From an uncultured Gemmatimonadales bacterium (GTDB lineage Bacteria > Gemmatimonadota > Gemmatimonadetes > Gemmatimonadales > Gemmatimonadaceae), in contig CAVPQB010000006.1 of the NCBI GenBank assembly GCA_963707505.1, forward strand, positions 544,001 through 608,000: a stretch of DNA of 64,000 nt. Direction: 5' to 3'. Below the pieces are notes generated by a model. The model did not search any database and was not told the origin of the DNA. It worked only from the letters and a program-made list of their open reading frames with translations. This document shows, piece after piece, positions 1-10,124 of this stretch. The first letter of the stretch is position 1. Each line of letters opens with the position of its first letter. The position numbers and the translations under genes are program-made.

Positions 1-303
1 CGGACCTCGAGGTGCTCGCATGCCGTGTAATTCGTTCGGCTCGTAGGTAACGACGGTACCTGCGCTCACGGTCACGTCCCGTATCTCGCCGTCGATCGGT
101 CCGGAAATCACACCTGTGCCGCTGACCACGGAAAGAACGACAGTGGACGTGCTGGTGTGCATCGCCACGGTGTCATCAGGCTCCAGCCGGAAGACCACGA
201 GGCGCACATCCGGCGAGTCGTGCACGATCGCGGTGGCTGCTCGGCCAGCGGATCCGGATACTGCCTTGCGGGCAATCTCGAGACAGTCGTGTGCATGCAT
301 CAT
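1..303 (-). CDS. Cupin-domain protein (partial, runs off window start)
   Basis: Manual translation MMHAHDCLEIARK...VRLVVFRLEPDDTVAMHTS...VVSGTG...YEPNELHGMRA has cupin motif 1/2 pattern; start overlaps the stop of the upstream gene. Confidence 0.75.
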   Translation of the reverse strand, partial: MMHAHDCLEIARKAVSGSAGRAATAIVHDSPDVRLVVFRLEPDDTVAMHTSTSTVVLSVVSGTGVISGPIDGEIRDVTVSAGTVVTYEPNELHGMRAPRGP

Positions 304-530
304 GCGGCCGTTCCTGCGCTGGGGCGCCGGCCGGCAATGACCGCGTCCAGTGCGTTCAGCAACGCAGCTGGATCTGCGCCGTCTCGCAGCGCAGCGTCAT
401 GAATGGAAACCGCGCCGCCGCAACATGCGTCGATTCCAAACTCGTTGAACACGTTTGTGGTCGCTGGGTGTGACTGAATGACGTCGTTGACGACCGATGC
501 GAAAGTGATGACTTCGTCTTGCAATGACAT
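300..530 (-). CDS. DUF542/ScdA_N (Ric/YtfE N-terminal-like) stand-alone protein
   Basis: VNDVIQSHPATTNVFNEFGIDACCGG matches the ScdA_N 'F..GID.CCGG' motif; no hemerythrin domain. Confidence 0.8.
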   Translation of the reverse strand: MSLQDEVITFASVVNDVIQSHPATTNVFNEFGIDACCGGAVSIHDAALRDGADPAALLNALDAVIAGRRPSAGTAA

Positions 531-576
531 GAGTGATGTCCGGATGGATGAATGTACGCAATTGGTGAGCTGATTC

Positions 577-693
577 AAACTAGAGAACCAGGCATCCAGT
601 CGGTGTCAGTGTTTCCCTGAGATCGCGCAACCCGTTACCTGACACAAAATCCGGGCTTGCCCGACTGTTTGCAGAAACCCGCGCCCGTACGTT
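577..693. promoter_or_regulatory. Divergent promoter region with three 22-bp-phased 17-bp boxes and two -10 elements
   Basis: Boxes 605-621 GTCAGTGTTTCCCTGAG, 627-643 GCAACCCGTTACCTGAC, 649-665 ATCCGGGCTTGCCCGAC; TACGTT at 688-693 (+) and TAGTTT at 582-577 (-), each 22 nt from a CYGAC end. Confidence 0.7.
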
Positions 694-748
694 CATCTCA
701 TTGCAGTTACTCACCCGCGCTCCACACGAGCCATAAGCGAGGTAGTGT

Positions 749-2800
749 ATGAAATCGTCGGTCAAGCTATATGCGGCTATCGGGTACGTAGGCATCACCC
801 TGAGCGGCCTCGCGTATGCCTGCGCGCCGAGTGTCAAGACGAATGCGTCCGCAGGTCTGCTGGCCGGAGACGCTGCAACTCGAACCTACGTGCCGCCAGG
901 CTCGTACGACGAGTATTACGCCTTCCTGTCCGGTGGCTTCAGCGGCCAGGTGACGGTGTATGGGCTCCCATCCGGTCGTCTCTTCAAGGAAATACCGGTC
1001 TTTTCGCAGTTTCCACAGACGGGCTACGGATACAACGAGGACACCAAGGCGATGCTGACGACGACTTTCGGCCAGGTGCCGTGGGACGATTCGCATCACA
1101 CGGAGATGTCGCTCACTGACGGTGTACCGGATGGCCGCTGGCTCTTCATCAACGGCAATAACACGCCACGTATCGCTCGCATCGACCTCAAGAAGTTCGA
1201 GACCGAGGAGATACTCCAGATTCCAAACGCTGCGGGTGGCCACGCGTCACCGTTCGCGACGCCGGATACCAAATACGTGGTATCAGCGACGCGCTTCAGC
1301 GTTCCGATTCCGCAGACCGATGTTCCCATCGATAGCTACAAGAAGAACTTCAAGGGAACTATCACGTTCGTCAGGGCCGATCAGCCTGGCAAGATGGACG
1401 TTGCCTTCCAGATCATGATGCCCGGATACGACTACGATCTCGGTCACGCCGGCAAGGGACCATCCGACGGCTGGTTCTTCTTCACGACGTACAACTCCGA
1501 GGAAGCGAATACGAAGCTCGAGGTGAACGCGTCACAGGCCGACAAGGACTACATCGCCGCGATCAACTACAAGCAGGCAGAGAGAGTGCATCGCTGACGG
1601 AAAGGCGAAGAAGTTCGGTGGCAGCTACGTCCACAACTATCGTGAATCCGACCACCGGAAGGTCGCGACGAGCGAGACAAAGACACGGTGTGACCATGCT
1701 GTATCCAGCGGATTGCGATGGGCTCGTGTATTACCTGCCGACGCCGAAATCACCGCATGGCGTCGATATCGATCCGTCGGGCGAGTACATAGTGGCCGGT
1801 GGCAAGCTGGCTACGGTCATTCCCGTGCACTCGTACACGAAGATGATCAAGGCGATCGCCGACAAGCAATTCGAGAAGACGATTGACGGTATTCCAGTAC
1901 TCCGTTACCAGGCAGTAATCGCAGGCGAAGTACAGAAGCCGGGCCTAGGTCCGCTACACACCGAGTTCGACGGCAAGGGCAACGCGTACACGTCGATGTT
2001 CATCTCCTCGGAAATCGTGAAGTGGAAACTGGGGACGTGGCAGGTGCTGGATCGTATTCCGGTGTACTACTCCGTGGGGCACCTGATGATTCCGGGCGGC
2101 GACAGCAAGAAGCCGTGCGGGCAAGTATCTTGTCGCGCTCGACAAGATCACGAAGGATCGTTACCTGCCCACCGGCCCGGAGGGTTCTCGCTCCGCGCAG
2201 CTGATCGACATCAGCGGCGACAAGATGAAGATGTTGCTCGACTTCCCGACGATGGGCGAGCCGCATTACGCACAGGCAGTTCCTGCGAGCCTGCTGCAAC
2301 CCGACTCGCTCAAGTTCGAGAAATTGAGGACAACCACAACCCGGATGTCACGACCGCGGAGGCCGACGGCGGAATCACACGCAACGGCAAGCGTGTCGAT
2401 GTAAAGATGATTGCGATTCGCAGTCACTTCGCGCCGGACATTCTGGAGGGTATCGAGCTTGGCGACACCGTGTACTTCCACGTCACCAACATCGAGCAGG
2501 ACTGGAACATCGCGCACGGCTTCGCAGTGTTCGGTGCAAACACCTCCGGCGTGACGCTCCCGCCGGGCGAGACGAGGACGCTAAGATGGGTTCCGCAGGC
2601 AACCGGCATCTATCCGTTCTACTGCACGGATTTCTGCTCCGCGCTGCACCAGGAGATGCAGGGATACGTTCGAGTGTCGCCGGCGGAGATGCACGTGCCA
2701 CTGATCGGCGAACATCAGCCAAGGTCGCAGGCAGACCGCAGAATGGTCGCATGCCTGCCGAGCATGGCGAGCGTGCCGAACATGGGAGCACAGGTGAGAA
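749..2800 (+). CDS. nosZ: Sec-dependent (clade II) nitrous-oxide reductase; several frameshifts, 3' end approximate
   Basis: DEYYAFLSGGFSGQ, WDDSHH, PKSPHG, GPLHTEFD, GHL, EPHY CuZ motifs; CuA HGF...YCTDFCSALHQEM; lipobox-like LAYAC and no Tat motif; pieces lie in different frames. Confidence 0.95.
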
Positions 2801-3420
2801 TGATGTCACGCCTCACCTCGCGAGCGTCACGGCGATTGCGTCGCTCGCTCTTGATCGGGCTCTTCTGTCCTCCCGCTGTGGCGCGTACAGCTCGTCGCGC
2901 CACAGTACCCCGAGGGACTCGGCATGCGGATCGGCATCAGCGATGTCGCGGCGGGACCATGCCGACGGATCTCGACAACATCAACGGTCTGAATCACTAC
3001 ATCGGCATGAAGCACATCACGCCGTCCGCCATTCCCGAGCTGCGGCTACATGCCGTGGATTGTTGGCGCGTCTGATACTACTCGGGCTGCATCGCCGCCA
3101 GGTGGGCAGCAGAAAGTTGCTGCTCGACCTGGATCGGCGGATTCGCCGTCCTTGCAGTGTCGCTGGACTCGTCGATTTCTGGCGCTGGGAATACGACTAC
3201 GGCCACAACATCGATTTCGAGCACGCGATAATCAAGATCCCTGGAATGACTTATCAGCCTCCACTCATGGGTGTGAAGCAGTTACTCAACTTCACGGCGG
3301 TGTCCTGGCCGGATGCCGGTGCGTGGCTGGCATTGGCTGCGTTCGGCGTGGCGCGCTGGCGGTCATCATGGCGTTCAGGCAGCCGCATCCCGGCTGCTCG
3401 GGAACATGCGCGACTCGTAG
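2800..3420 (+). CDS. nosB: NosB-type membrane protein of clade II nos clusters (frameshifted, ends approximate)
   Basis: APQYPEGLGM, INGLNHYIGMK, YDYGHNID..AIIKIPGMTYQPPLMG.KQLLNF motifs across frames. Confidence 0.85.
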
Positions 3421-4697
3421 GTTGCTGCGCCACGGCGTGGCTGCGCTGCTGTTGAGCGTTGGTGTCGTCGCGACGCAGGCGCTGGCGTCGCCCGTGCGCC
3501 CGCCGCAGCAGGTCGTCAACGTGTCACCGACGGGACCGGTGCGTAGGATACGGCGGCGTTGACGCTCGTCGCGCGCGGTGGTACGATCATCGTGCATCCC
3601 GGGAGCTACGCGATAGCAACGATCGTGGTGTCGATGCCGGTACGCATCCTCGGAGAGCGGCGACGCCGTGCTCGATGGCGAGGGCAAGCGCCAGATCATG
3701 ACCGTCACCGGCGGATAGCGTGACGGTGCGCGGCATTGCATTTCGGAACGTCGGCGTCGCGTTCACGGAGGATCTCGCCGCGATCAAGGTTGTGCGGGCG
3801 CGCTATTGCTCGATAGCCGACAATCGGATCGACAACGGTTTCTTCGGCATCTACCTGCAGGAAGCCCAGTACTGCTTCGTGCATCGCAATGTCATACGCG
3901 GCGACACATTCGCGCGATGCGACATCCGGCAACGGTATTCATCTGTGGCACTCGCGCGACATAGTCATCCAGGGAAACCAGGTCTCAGGCCATCGCGACG
4001 GAATCTACTTCGAGTTCGTCCGCGCGAGGCTCACGTTCATGACAATATCAGCACCGGACAATCTGCGATACGGGCTGCACTTCATGTACTCCGACAGCTG
4101 CGATTATGAGGGCAATACATTCCGGCACAACGGCGCGGGTGTGGCAGTCATGTACACGCACCACGTACGGATGGTCGGCAATCGCTTCACGGATAACACG
4201 CGGCGCTGCCGCGTACGGATTGTTGCTCAAGGAGATCTCCGATAGCCGAGCTCCGGCGACAACATCTTCTCCGACAATACCGTCGGGACTGTACGCAGAC
4301 GGGGCCACGCGGCTGATCGCGCATCACAATCACCGTTCGTCAACAACGGTTGGGCGCTCAAGCTCCAGGCGAGCACCGAAGGACGCACAGTTCACGGCAA
4401 CGATTTCGCGGGCAACACGTTCGATGTCGCAACGAACAGTCGCTCGGCAGCTCGAGCACTTTTCGCGGTAACTACTGGTCCGCGTACGACGGCTACGATC
4501 TCAATCACGACGGCGTGGGCGATGTGCCGTACCGCCGGTGCGACTCACCTCCGTCGTCGTCGCGCAGACTGAGCCTGCGCTGATTCTGCTGCGCAGCAAC
4601 TTCCTCTGTCTGCTCGACGCGGCCGAGCGCGTGCTTTCCGGCGCTGACACCCGAAACGCTGGCCGACTCCGCGCCGGCAATGCGCTGGGTACAATGA
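3406..4697 (+). CDS. nosD: NosD maturation protein (frameshifted)
   Basis: Beta-helix repeats, SGNGIHLW, GHRDGIYFEF, LRYGLHFMYS, GNYWSAYDGYDLNHDGVGDVPY. Confidence 0.9.
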
Positions 4698-5434
4698 CCG
4701 AGCCACTGCTGCGTATCACGAACGTGTGCGAAGGCGATTCGGCTCACTGCCCGTGCTTCGCTCCGTAGATCTCGACGTCGCGACCGGTAGAGTCGTGGCA
4801 ATCGTCGGCCCGAACGGCGCCGGCAAGACGACGCTCATCAAGTCGCTGCTGGGTCTCACGCATCCGGATACGGACGACATAACACTTTGGGTAGCAGAGT
4901 GACGGGCGACGAACGCGTATCGTGCCCGCATCGGTTACATGCCGCAGATCGCGCGCTATCCCCGAGAATCTCACGGGCGCCGAGCTGCTCGCGATGCTCA
5001 AGGACCTGCGCGGACCGACAGCGCAGACTGGACACGGAGCTCATCGACTGTTTCGGGCTCGACGACGCTCTCGAGAAGCCCTTGCGCGTTCTATCCGGCG
5101 GCACTCGACAGAAGGTCAACGCGGTCATGGCCTTTCTGTTCTCGCCGGAGCTGCTCGTGCTGGACGAACCGACGGCTGGCCTCGATCCGCTCTCGAGCAG
5201 CGTGCTGAAGGACAAGATTCTGGCCGCGAGCGCGGCGCGGGCAGGACGTTCATGGTCACGTCACACATCATGAATGAGCTGGAAGAACTGGCGGACGACG
5301 TTGCGTTCATGGTCGATGGACGCATGGCGTTTTCGCGGAACGCTCGACGATCTCAAGCGCGTCACGTCGCAGACGACGACTGGAGCGCGCGGTGGCAGCG
5401 ATGATGATGCCGCGACTGTGCGGAGGCGGCATGA
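4694..5434 (+). CDS. nosF: NosF ABC ATPase (frameshifted)
   Basis: GPNGAGKTT Walker A, LSGGTRQK, LVLDEPTAGLDP; ATGA overlap with nosD. Confidence 0.88.
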
Positions 5435-6226
5435 ACACAATGATCAAGGTGCTCAAGTATCAGGCCAGAGATGCGATCCGCAGCCGGTGGTTGATCGCCT
5501 ATGCGCTCTTCTTCCTGCTGGTGACCGATGCGCTGCTACGCTTCACCGGCGATCCGGTAAAGGCTGCAGCTCAGCCTCGTGAGCGTCGTTCTCTTTCGTC
5601 GTACCATTCGTCTCGATCGTCTTCGGTACCGTATATCTCTACAACGCGCGCGAGTTCGTCGAGCTGATTCTCGCGCAACCAGTGAATCGGCGCCAGACGT
5701 ACTGCGGTCTCTATCTCGGCCTCACGCTTCCGCTCGATGCTCGCCTTCGTTCTTGGACTTTCCGTGCCATTCGTCCTTAACGGACACGACGCGTCGGCCT
5801 CGGCACGCTCGTCGCGCTCCTCGTTGCTGGAACAGTCCTGACGTGCGTCTTCACAGCAGTCGCAACGCTCGATCGCCGTGAAGTGCGAGGATCGGTTGCG
5901 CGGACTTGGAGCAGCGATCGGAGTGTGGCTGCTGGTGACCGTCGTGTACGACGGATTCGTATTGTTCGTGCTCGCGGCCTTCTATCGGAGCTATCCGCTG
6001 GAGCGTGCGACACTCGGGCTGATGATGGCCAATCCGATCGACATCGCTCGAGTGGCGCCTGCTGCTGCGATTCGACGGGGCCGCGATGATGGGTTACACA
6101 GGCGCCGTGTTCCTCGAGTTCTTCACCGGTTCCGCAGGGATGATCGTCGCCACGCTCGCGCTGGCGGCCTGGATCATCGCGCCGATCGCATTCGGCGTGC
6201 GTGTATTCCAGAGGAAGGACTTCTGA
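5431..6226 (+). CDS. nosY: NosY ABC permease (frameshifted)
   Basis: KVLKYQARDAIRSRW, YNAREFVEL.LAQPV, NPIDIAR, AAMMGYTGAVF, C-terminal FQRKDF*. Confidence 0.88.
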
Positions 6227-6287
6227 TCAGTAGTCAGAAGCGCAGCAAGACACCAACAACGCTAAAACAATCTTACCGGGTAGAATC

Positions 6288-6740
6288 GTGAATCATTCAG
6301 GTCTCAGGTCGAGCTTTATTGCACTCTCGCTATTGGCGATCGGTGCGTGCGGCGGTGGAGAAAAGAAGGGCGAGAGCGAGCTGGGGGCGCCAGTGTCGTC
6401 GTCGCAGTCGGCTCCGGGCGGCGAGGCGGCTGCACCGACTGGAAAAGTGGTAGTCGTCGAGCTCAACAGCGACGCGCAAGGCAACTACTTCAAGCCTGCG
6501 AAGTTCGAGGTGCATCGCGGTGACGTGATCCGGTTCACACTCAAGAGCGGCGTGCATAATGTGCACTTCCTGCCGGATTCCAATCCCGGCAAGACGAACC
6601 TTCCTCCGGCAAGTGATTTCCTTCAGCTGCCGGATCAAACTCTCGATATGCCCGTCAACCTCGCACCAGGAAAGTACTATTTTCAGTGTGATCCACATGC
6701 AGCGCTGGGGATGCAGGGACACGTGGAGGTAGAACGCTGA
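6288..6740 (+). CDS. Plastocyanin/azurin-family type-1 copper lipoprotein
   Basis: Lipobox LAIGAC; HNVHF...YFQCDPHAALGM provides His/Cys/His/Met ligands. Confidence 0.88.
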   Translation: MNHSGLRSSFIALSLLAIGACGGGEKKGESELGAPVSSSQSAPGGEAAAPTGKVVVVELNSDAQGNYFKPAKFEVHRGDVIRFTLKSGVHNVHFLPDSNPGKTNLPPASDFLQLPDQTLDMPVNLAPGKYYFQCDPHAALGMQGHVEVER

Positions 6741-6760
6741 AGGCAAGTGCCGCGAATGGT

Positions 6761-8635
6761 GTGCGAGGCAACAAGGTCACCTACTGGTACAATTCTCCGG
6801 CTGTAATCCCCGGCCTGGCGACGGCCTTTGTCCTCGGGGGTCTCGCGGCATGGACCCTCGGGTCACCCGTATGGGCTCGTTACATATGGATGGCTGGCCT
6901 GGTTTCGGGTGGTGCAATCATCGTAACAGGCACCATCCGCGGTGCTCTGCATGGCCGGTGGGCCTCGGACATCGTAGCGGCCATGGCGATCATCACATCG
7001 GTCGTCATGAACGAGCCGTTGGCCGGCCTGATCGTCGTGGTAATGCAAACCGGCGGCGAAGCGCTCGAGCGATACGCGGAGGGCCGAGCATCGCGGGCCG
7101 TTCAGCAGCTGGAGGCGGATCGTCCCAAATCAGCCCACGTTCTGCGCGGCGGCGAGGTGTCCGATATCAGAGCAGACGAGATCGTCGTCGGCGATAGCGT
7201 AATTGTGCGCGCCGGCGAACTGGTCCCGTGCGATGGAATCGTCGAAGAGGGTAGATCCGAGCTCGACACATCCAGGCTCACCGGTGAATCGCTGCCGCAG
7301 TCGATCGAGCCGGGCGTACCGGTCAGTAGTGGAAGCATCAATGGCGACCGGTTGTTTACGATGCGTGCCACTGCGATCGCCGAGGCCAGTCAGTACGAGC
7401 GCATCGTGCAGCTCGTGCGGGCGGCACTGGAAACCAAGGCGCCGTTTCAACGGATCGCGGATCGCTACGCCGTCTGGTTCACGCCAATCACGCTTGTGAT
7501 TGCGGTTGCCGCAACCGCAGCCACAGGAGATTATCAGAGATTTCTGGCGGTGCTTGTCGTCGCAACGCCGTGCCCACTGATACTCGCCCCGCCGATCGCG
7601 ATAATTGGCGGAATAAATCGCGCGGCTCGACGTCAGATAATCGTGCGTAACGGCGCGGCAATCGAGCGACTCGCGACCGCCAACGTTGCAGTGCTCGACA
7701 AGACCGGCACGCTGACGATCGGGAAACCGGTAGTTCATACAGTCATTCCACACCCACCATTCACGCGCGCCGACGTATTGCGTCTGGCCGGCGCCGTGGA
7801 GCAGGGCGCCGCCCATCTGCTCGCACGTACACTCACGGACGCCGCGAAGGCGGAGAATGAGTCGCTACCGGCCGTTCGGGATGTCGTTGAATCGCCCGGC
7901 CGCGGCGTCACCGGGAGAATAGGCGATGACACCGTGATGGTCGGCTCACACGGTTTTATCGCTGAGCAGCTGACACGGGACGCTGGTAACTCGATTCCCT
8001 TGGATTCGTCCGTCGGGCTCAAGGCCTATGTCGCGATCAATGGAAGATTCGCTGGCGTGGTGGCATACGACGAACAGCTGCGGGATCACGTACCAGTAAT
8101 TCTCTCCGATCTCGAGTCGCTCGGCATTCACCGAACACTCCTGCTGTCAGGCGATCACGGGGACAACGCCCGGGCGATCGCGCAGTCACTCGGTATTACC
8201 GAGGTTCGCGGGGACATGAAACCGGAAGATAAAGTTGCCGTAGTAAAGGAGTTGACTGAGGCCGGTGATCGCGTTCTAATGGTGGGTGACGGAACCAACG
8301 ATGCGCCGGCGTTGAGCGCCGCAACGGTCGGGATAGCTCTAGCTGGTCACGGCGGCGGTGTCACCGCAGAGGCAGCCGATCTCGTGATTCTGGTCGACGA
8401 GCTGAACCGGGTTCCTGAAGCAATTCGTATCAGTCGTCGTAGCATGAAGATCGCACGAGAAAGCGTCTGGGCCGGACTTGGGCTCAGCGGGATCGCGATG
8501 TTGTTCGCAGCCGCCGGCAAAATCGCGCCGGTACCAGGCGCGCTGCTTCAGGAAGTAATCGATATTGCCGTGATACTCAACGCACTACGCGCCAGCGCTG
8601 GCTCGCGCCGGTCCGCTCAGCGTCCCAGCAAGTAA
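6761..8635 (+). CDS. Heavy-metal P1B-type ATPase, P1B-5-like, no hemerythrin tail (start uncertain)
   Basis: LTGES, TPCP, DKTGTLT, GDGTNDAPAL, QEVID motifs. Confidence 0.9.
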   Translation: MRGNKVTYWYNSPAVIPGLATAFVLGGLAAWTLGSPVWARYIWMAGLVSGGAIIVTGTIRGALHGRWASDIVAAMAIITSVVMNEPLAGLIVVVMQTGGEALERYAEGRASRAVQQLEADRPKSAHVLRGGEVSDIRADEIVVGDSVIVRAGELVPCDGIVEEGRSELDTSRLTGESLPQSIEPGVPVSSGSINGDRLFTMRATAIAEASQYERIVQLVRAALETKAPFQRIADRYAVWFTPITLVIAVAATAATGDYQRFLAVLVVATPCPLILAPPIAIIGGINRAARRQIIVRNGAAIERLATANVAVLDKTGTLTIGKPVVHTVIPHPPFTRADVLRLAGAVEQGAAHLLARTLTDAAKAENESLPAVRDVVESPGRGVTGRIGDDTVMVGSHGFIAEQLTRDAGNSIPLDSSVGLKAYVAINGRFAGVVAYDEQLRDHVPVILSDLESLGIHRTLLLSGDHGDNARAIAQSLGITEVRGDMKPEDKVAVVKELTEAGDRVLMVGDGTNDAPALSAATVGIALAGHGGGVTAEAADLVILVDELNRVPEAIRISRRSMKIARESVWAGLGLSGIAMLFAAAGKIAPVPGALLQEVIDIAVILNALRASAGSRRSAQRPSK

Positions 8636-10044
8636 TCGACAACGTCGGCCGCGGTGTACGTGGTGCGCGCGCCGAGAAAATTCTGAATACTCAGCAGGTC
8701 ATCACCGCTCGTCAGTAGCGGCGGCTCATCGATTCCGCCACTTCGCACCTGCGCCTGCCCGATGTTCGCTGTCAGTCCGTTGCAGAGACATTCGCGGCCC
8801 TCTGTGTCCTCCAGCGCGCCGCCCTTCCTGACATATGCGTCCACCGGCTCGGCGGGACACCGATATCCGATGCGGCCATCCGCACCGCGATAGGCGGTGC
8901 GCAGGTAGCCGAGATCGCATTTGCGTTCGCGACGCGGTCCGTCAGCATTGTCACCCACCCATCGCACAACCTTGAACGGATATCCTGTCGGCGACGCACG
9001 GGGATCTGTCACTACATCCAGCTCTCCCAGTGCTGCATGGCGAAGGACTTCTTTCTTGAGCGCCTCCGCAATGCCGGATTCCTCGCAGTAAGCGAACAAC
9101 GTCCCGACCTGAACACCCGCCGCACCTGCAATAAGAGCGTCAACGAGTCCTTTCGGGGAGCCAGCGCCACCCGCGATCCAGAACGGAAGTCCGAGCTCGC
9201 CGATGCGTGCGATGTCGACGACGTCGCGCTCTCCATAGATCGGCTCGCCGCGCACGTTGAGCTGCTGTTCACCCCGCGGTGGCGCGTTGTGTCCACCGGC
9301 GGTCGGACCCTCCACGACGAAACCATCCACGCGGCCATTTGCTTTTCTGGCAAGTGTCGCTGCGAGCGACGTCGCTGCCACTATGGCGATGAATCCCGGC
9401 CGTTTCATCGGCATCGACTGATCGACACCATGAGCTGCGGGATCGAAACTGAGAATTTCGGACTCGCCTGCCGGTAATCCTTCGACGTCGAATTTCATCG
9501 ACGCCATACGGTGCTCGGAGAGCGCATCCAGCACGCCGGGGATCTCACGCGGGATCCCGGCGCCCATCAGTACGTAATCAACGCCCGCGAGCATTGCGCC
9601 GCATAGCGACGCCAGGTTTGGCAACTGTACCTTGGTGAGAAGATTGATGCCAACCAGTCCATCGTGGCCTTCCCTGGCCAGATACACTTCGACGAAATTC
9701 GCAAGCATCGTGATCTGCTGGCGCGCAACGCTGACGTGTTGCTTGTACATGGGAAGCATCTTGTACGGCTGAGCTGCTGCGCGACCATCCGGAAGGAAGT
9801 AGCGCTTGAGTGCATCCTCACCAACGTGGGCGATAGGAAAATGCTCGATTGCCCTCCGCACGTGCCCACCCGGATCGCCGTCCTGGAGTCGGCGCACGAG
9901 AACCGTATCGAGCGCAGTTCCTGAAACGACGCCAAGATGGCCCGCGCGCGCAACAGCGCGCGCCAGGGTCCAGTTTGAAACACCGACTCCCATTCCACCC
10001 TGAATGATGGTCGGAAGCATGATGTTGCGCGGTACAGTAGTCAT
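8617..10044 (-). CDS. Nitronate monooxygenase/FabK-family flavoprotein, long form with four C-terminal Cys
   Basis: IIQGGMG, EGPTAGGH, AGG, GVQVGTLF; C...C...CLC near C-terminus. Confidence 0.85.
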   Translation of the reverse strand: MTTVPRNIMLPTIIQGGMGVGVSNWTLARAVARAGHLGVVSGTALDTVLVRRLQDGDPGGHVRRAIEHFPIAHVGEDALKRYFLPDGRAAAQPYKMLPMYKQHVSVARQQITMLANFVEVYLAREGHDGLVGINLLTKVQLPNLASLCGAMLAGVDYVLMGAGIPREIPGVLDALSEHRMASMKFDVEGLPAGESEILSFDPAAHGVDQSMPMKRPGFIAIVAATSLAATLARKANGRVDGFVVEGPTAGGHNAPPRGEQQLNVRGEPIYGERDVVDIARIGELGLPFWIAGGAGSPKGLVDALIAGAAGVQVGTLFAYCEESGIAEALKKEVLRHAALGELDVVTDPRASPTGYPFKVVRWVGDNADGPRRERKCDLGYLRTAYRGADGRIGYRCPAEPVDAYVRKGGALEDTEGRECLCNGLTANIGQAQVRSGGIDEPPLLTSGDDLLSIQNFLGARTTYTAADVVDYLLGR

Positions 10045-10052
10045 GCGGTGGG

Positions 10053-10119
10053 AAGCTACGGCTGGCTACTGCTGCGTTCAGTCGGGGTAAGGTGGAAATA
10101 TCGTAAAGGAATCCCCGAC
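10053..10119 (-). promoter_or_regulatory. Promoter with phased boxes and -10 (TAGCTT)
   Basis: GTAAAGGAATCCCCGAC 10103-10119; GTCGGGG half-site at 10081, 22 bp away; TAGCTT at 10058-10053, 22 nt from CCCGAC. Confidence 0.7.
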
Positions 10120-10124
10120 CGTCG

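Noticed and set aside
749..6226. Programmed frameshifting in nos genes
   Set aside because: Shifts are numerous, irregular and not at slippery sites; error or decay is simpler
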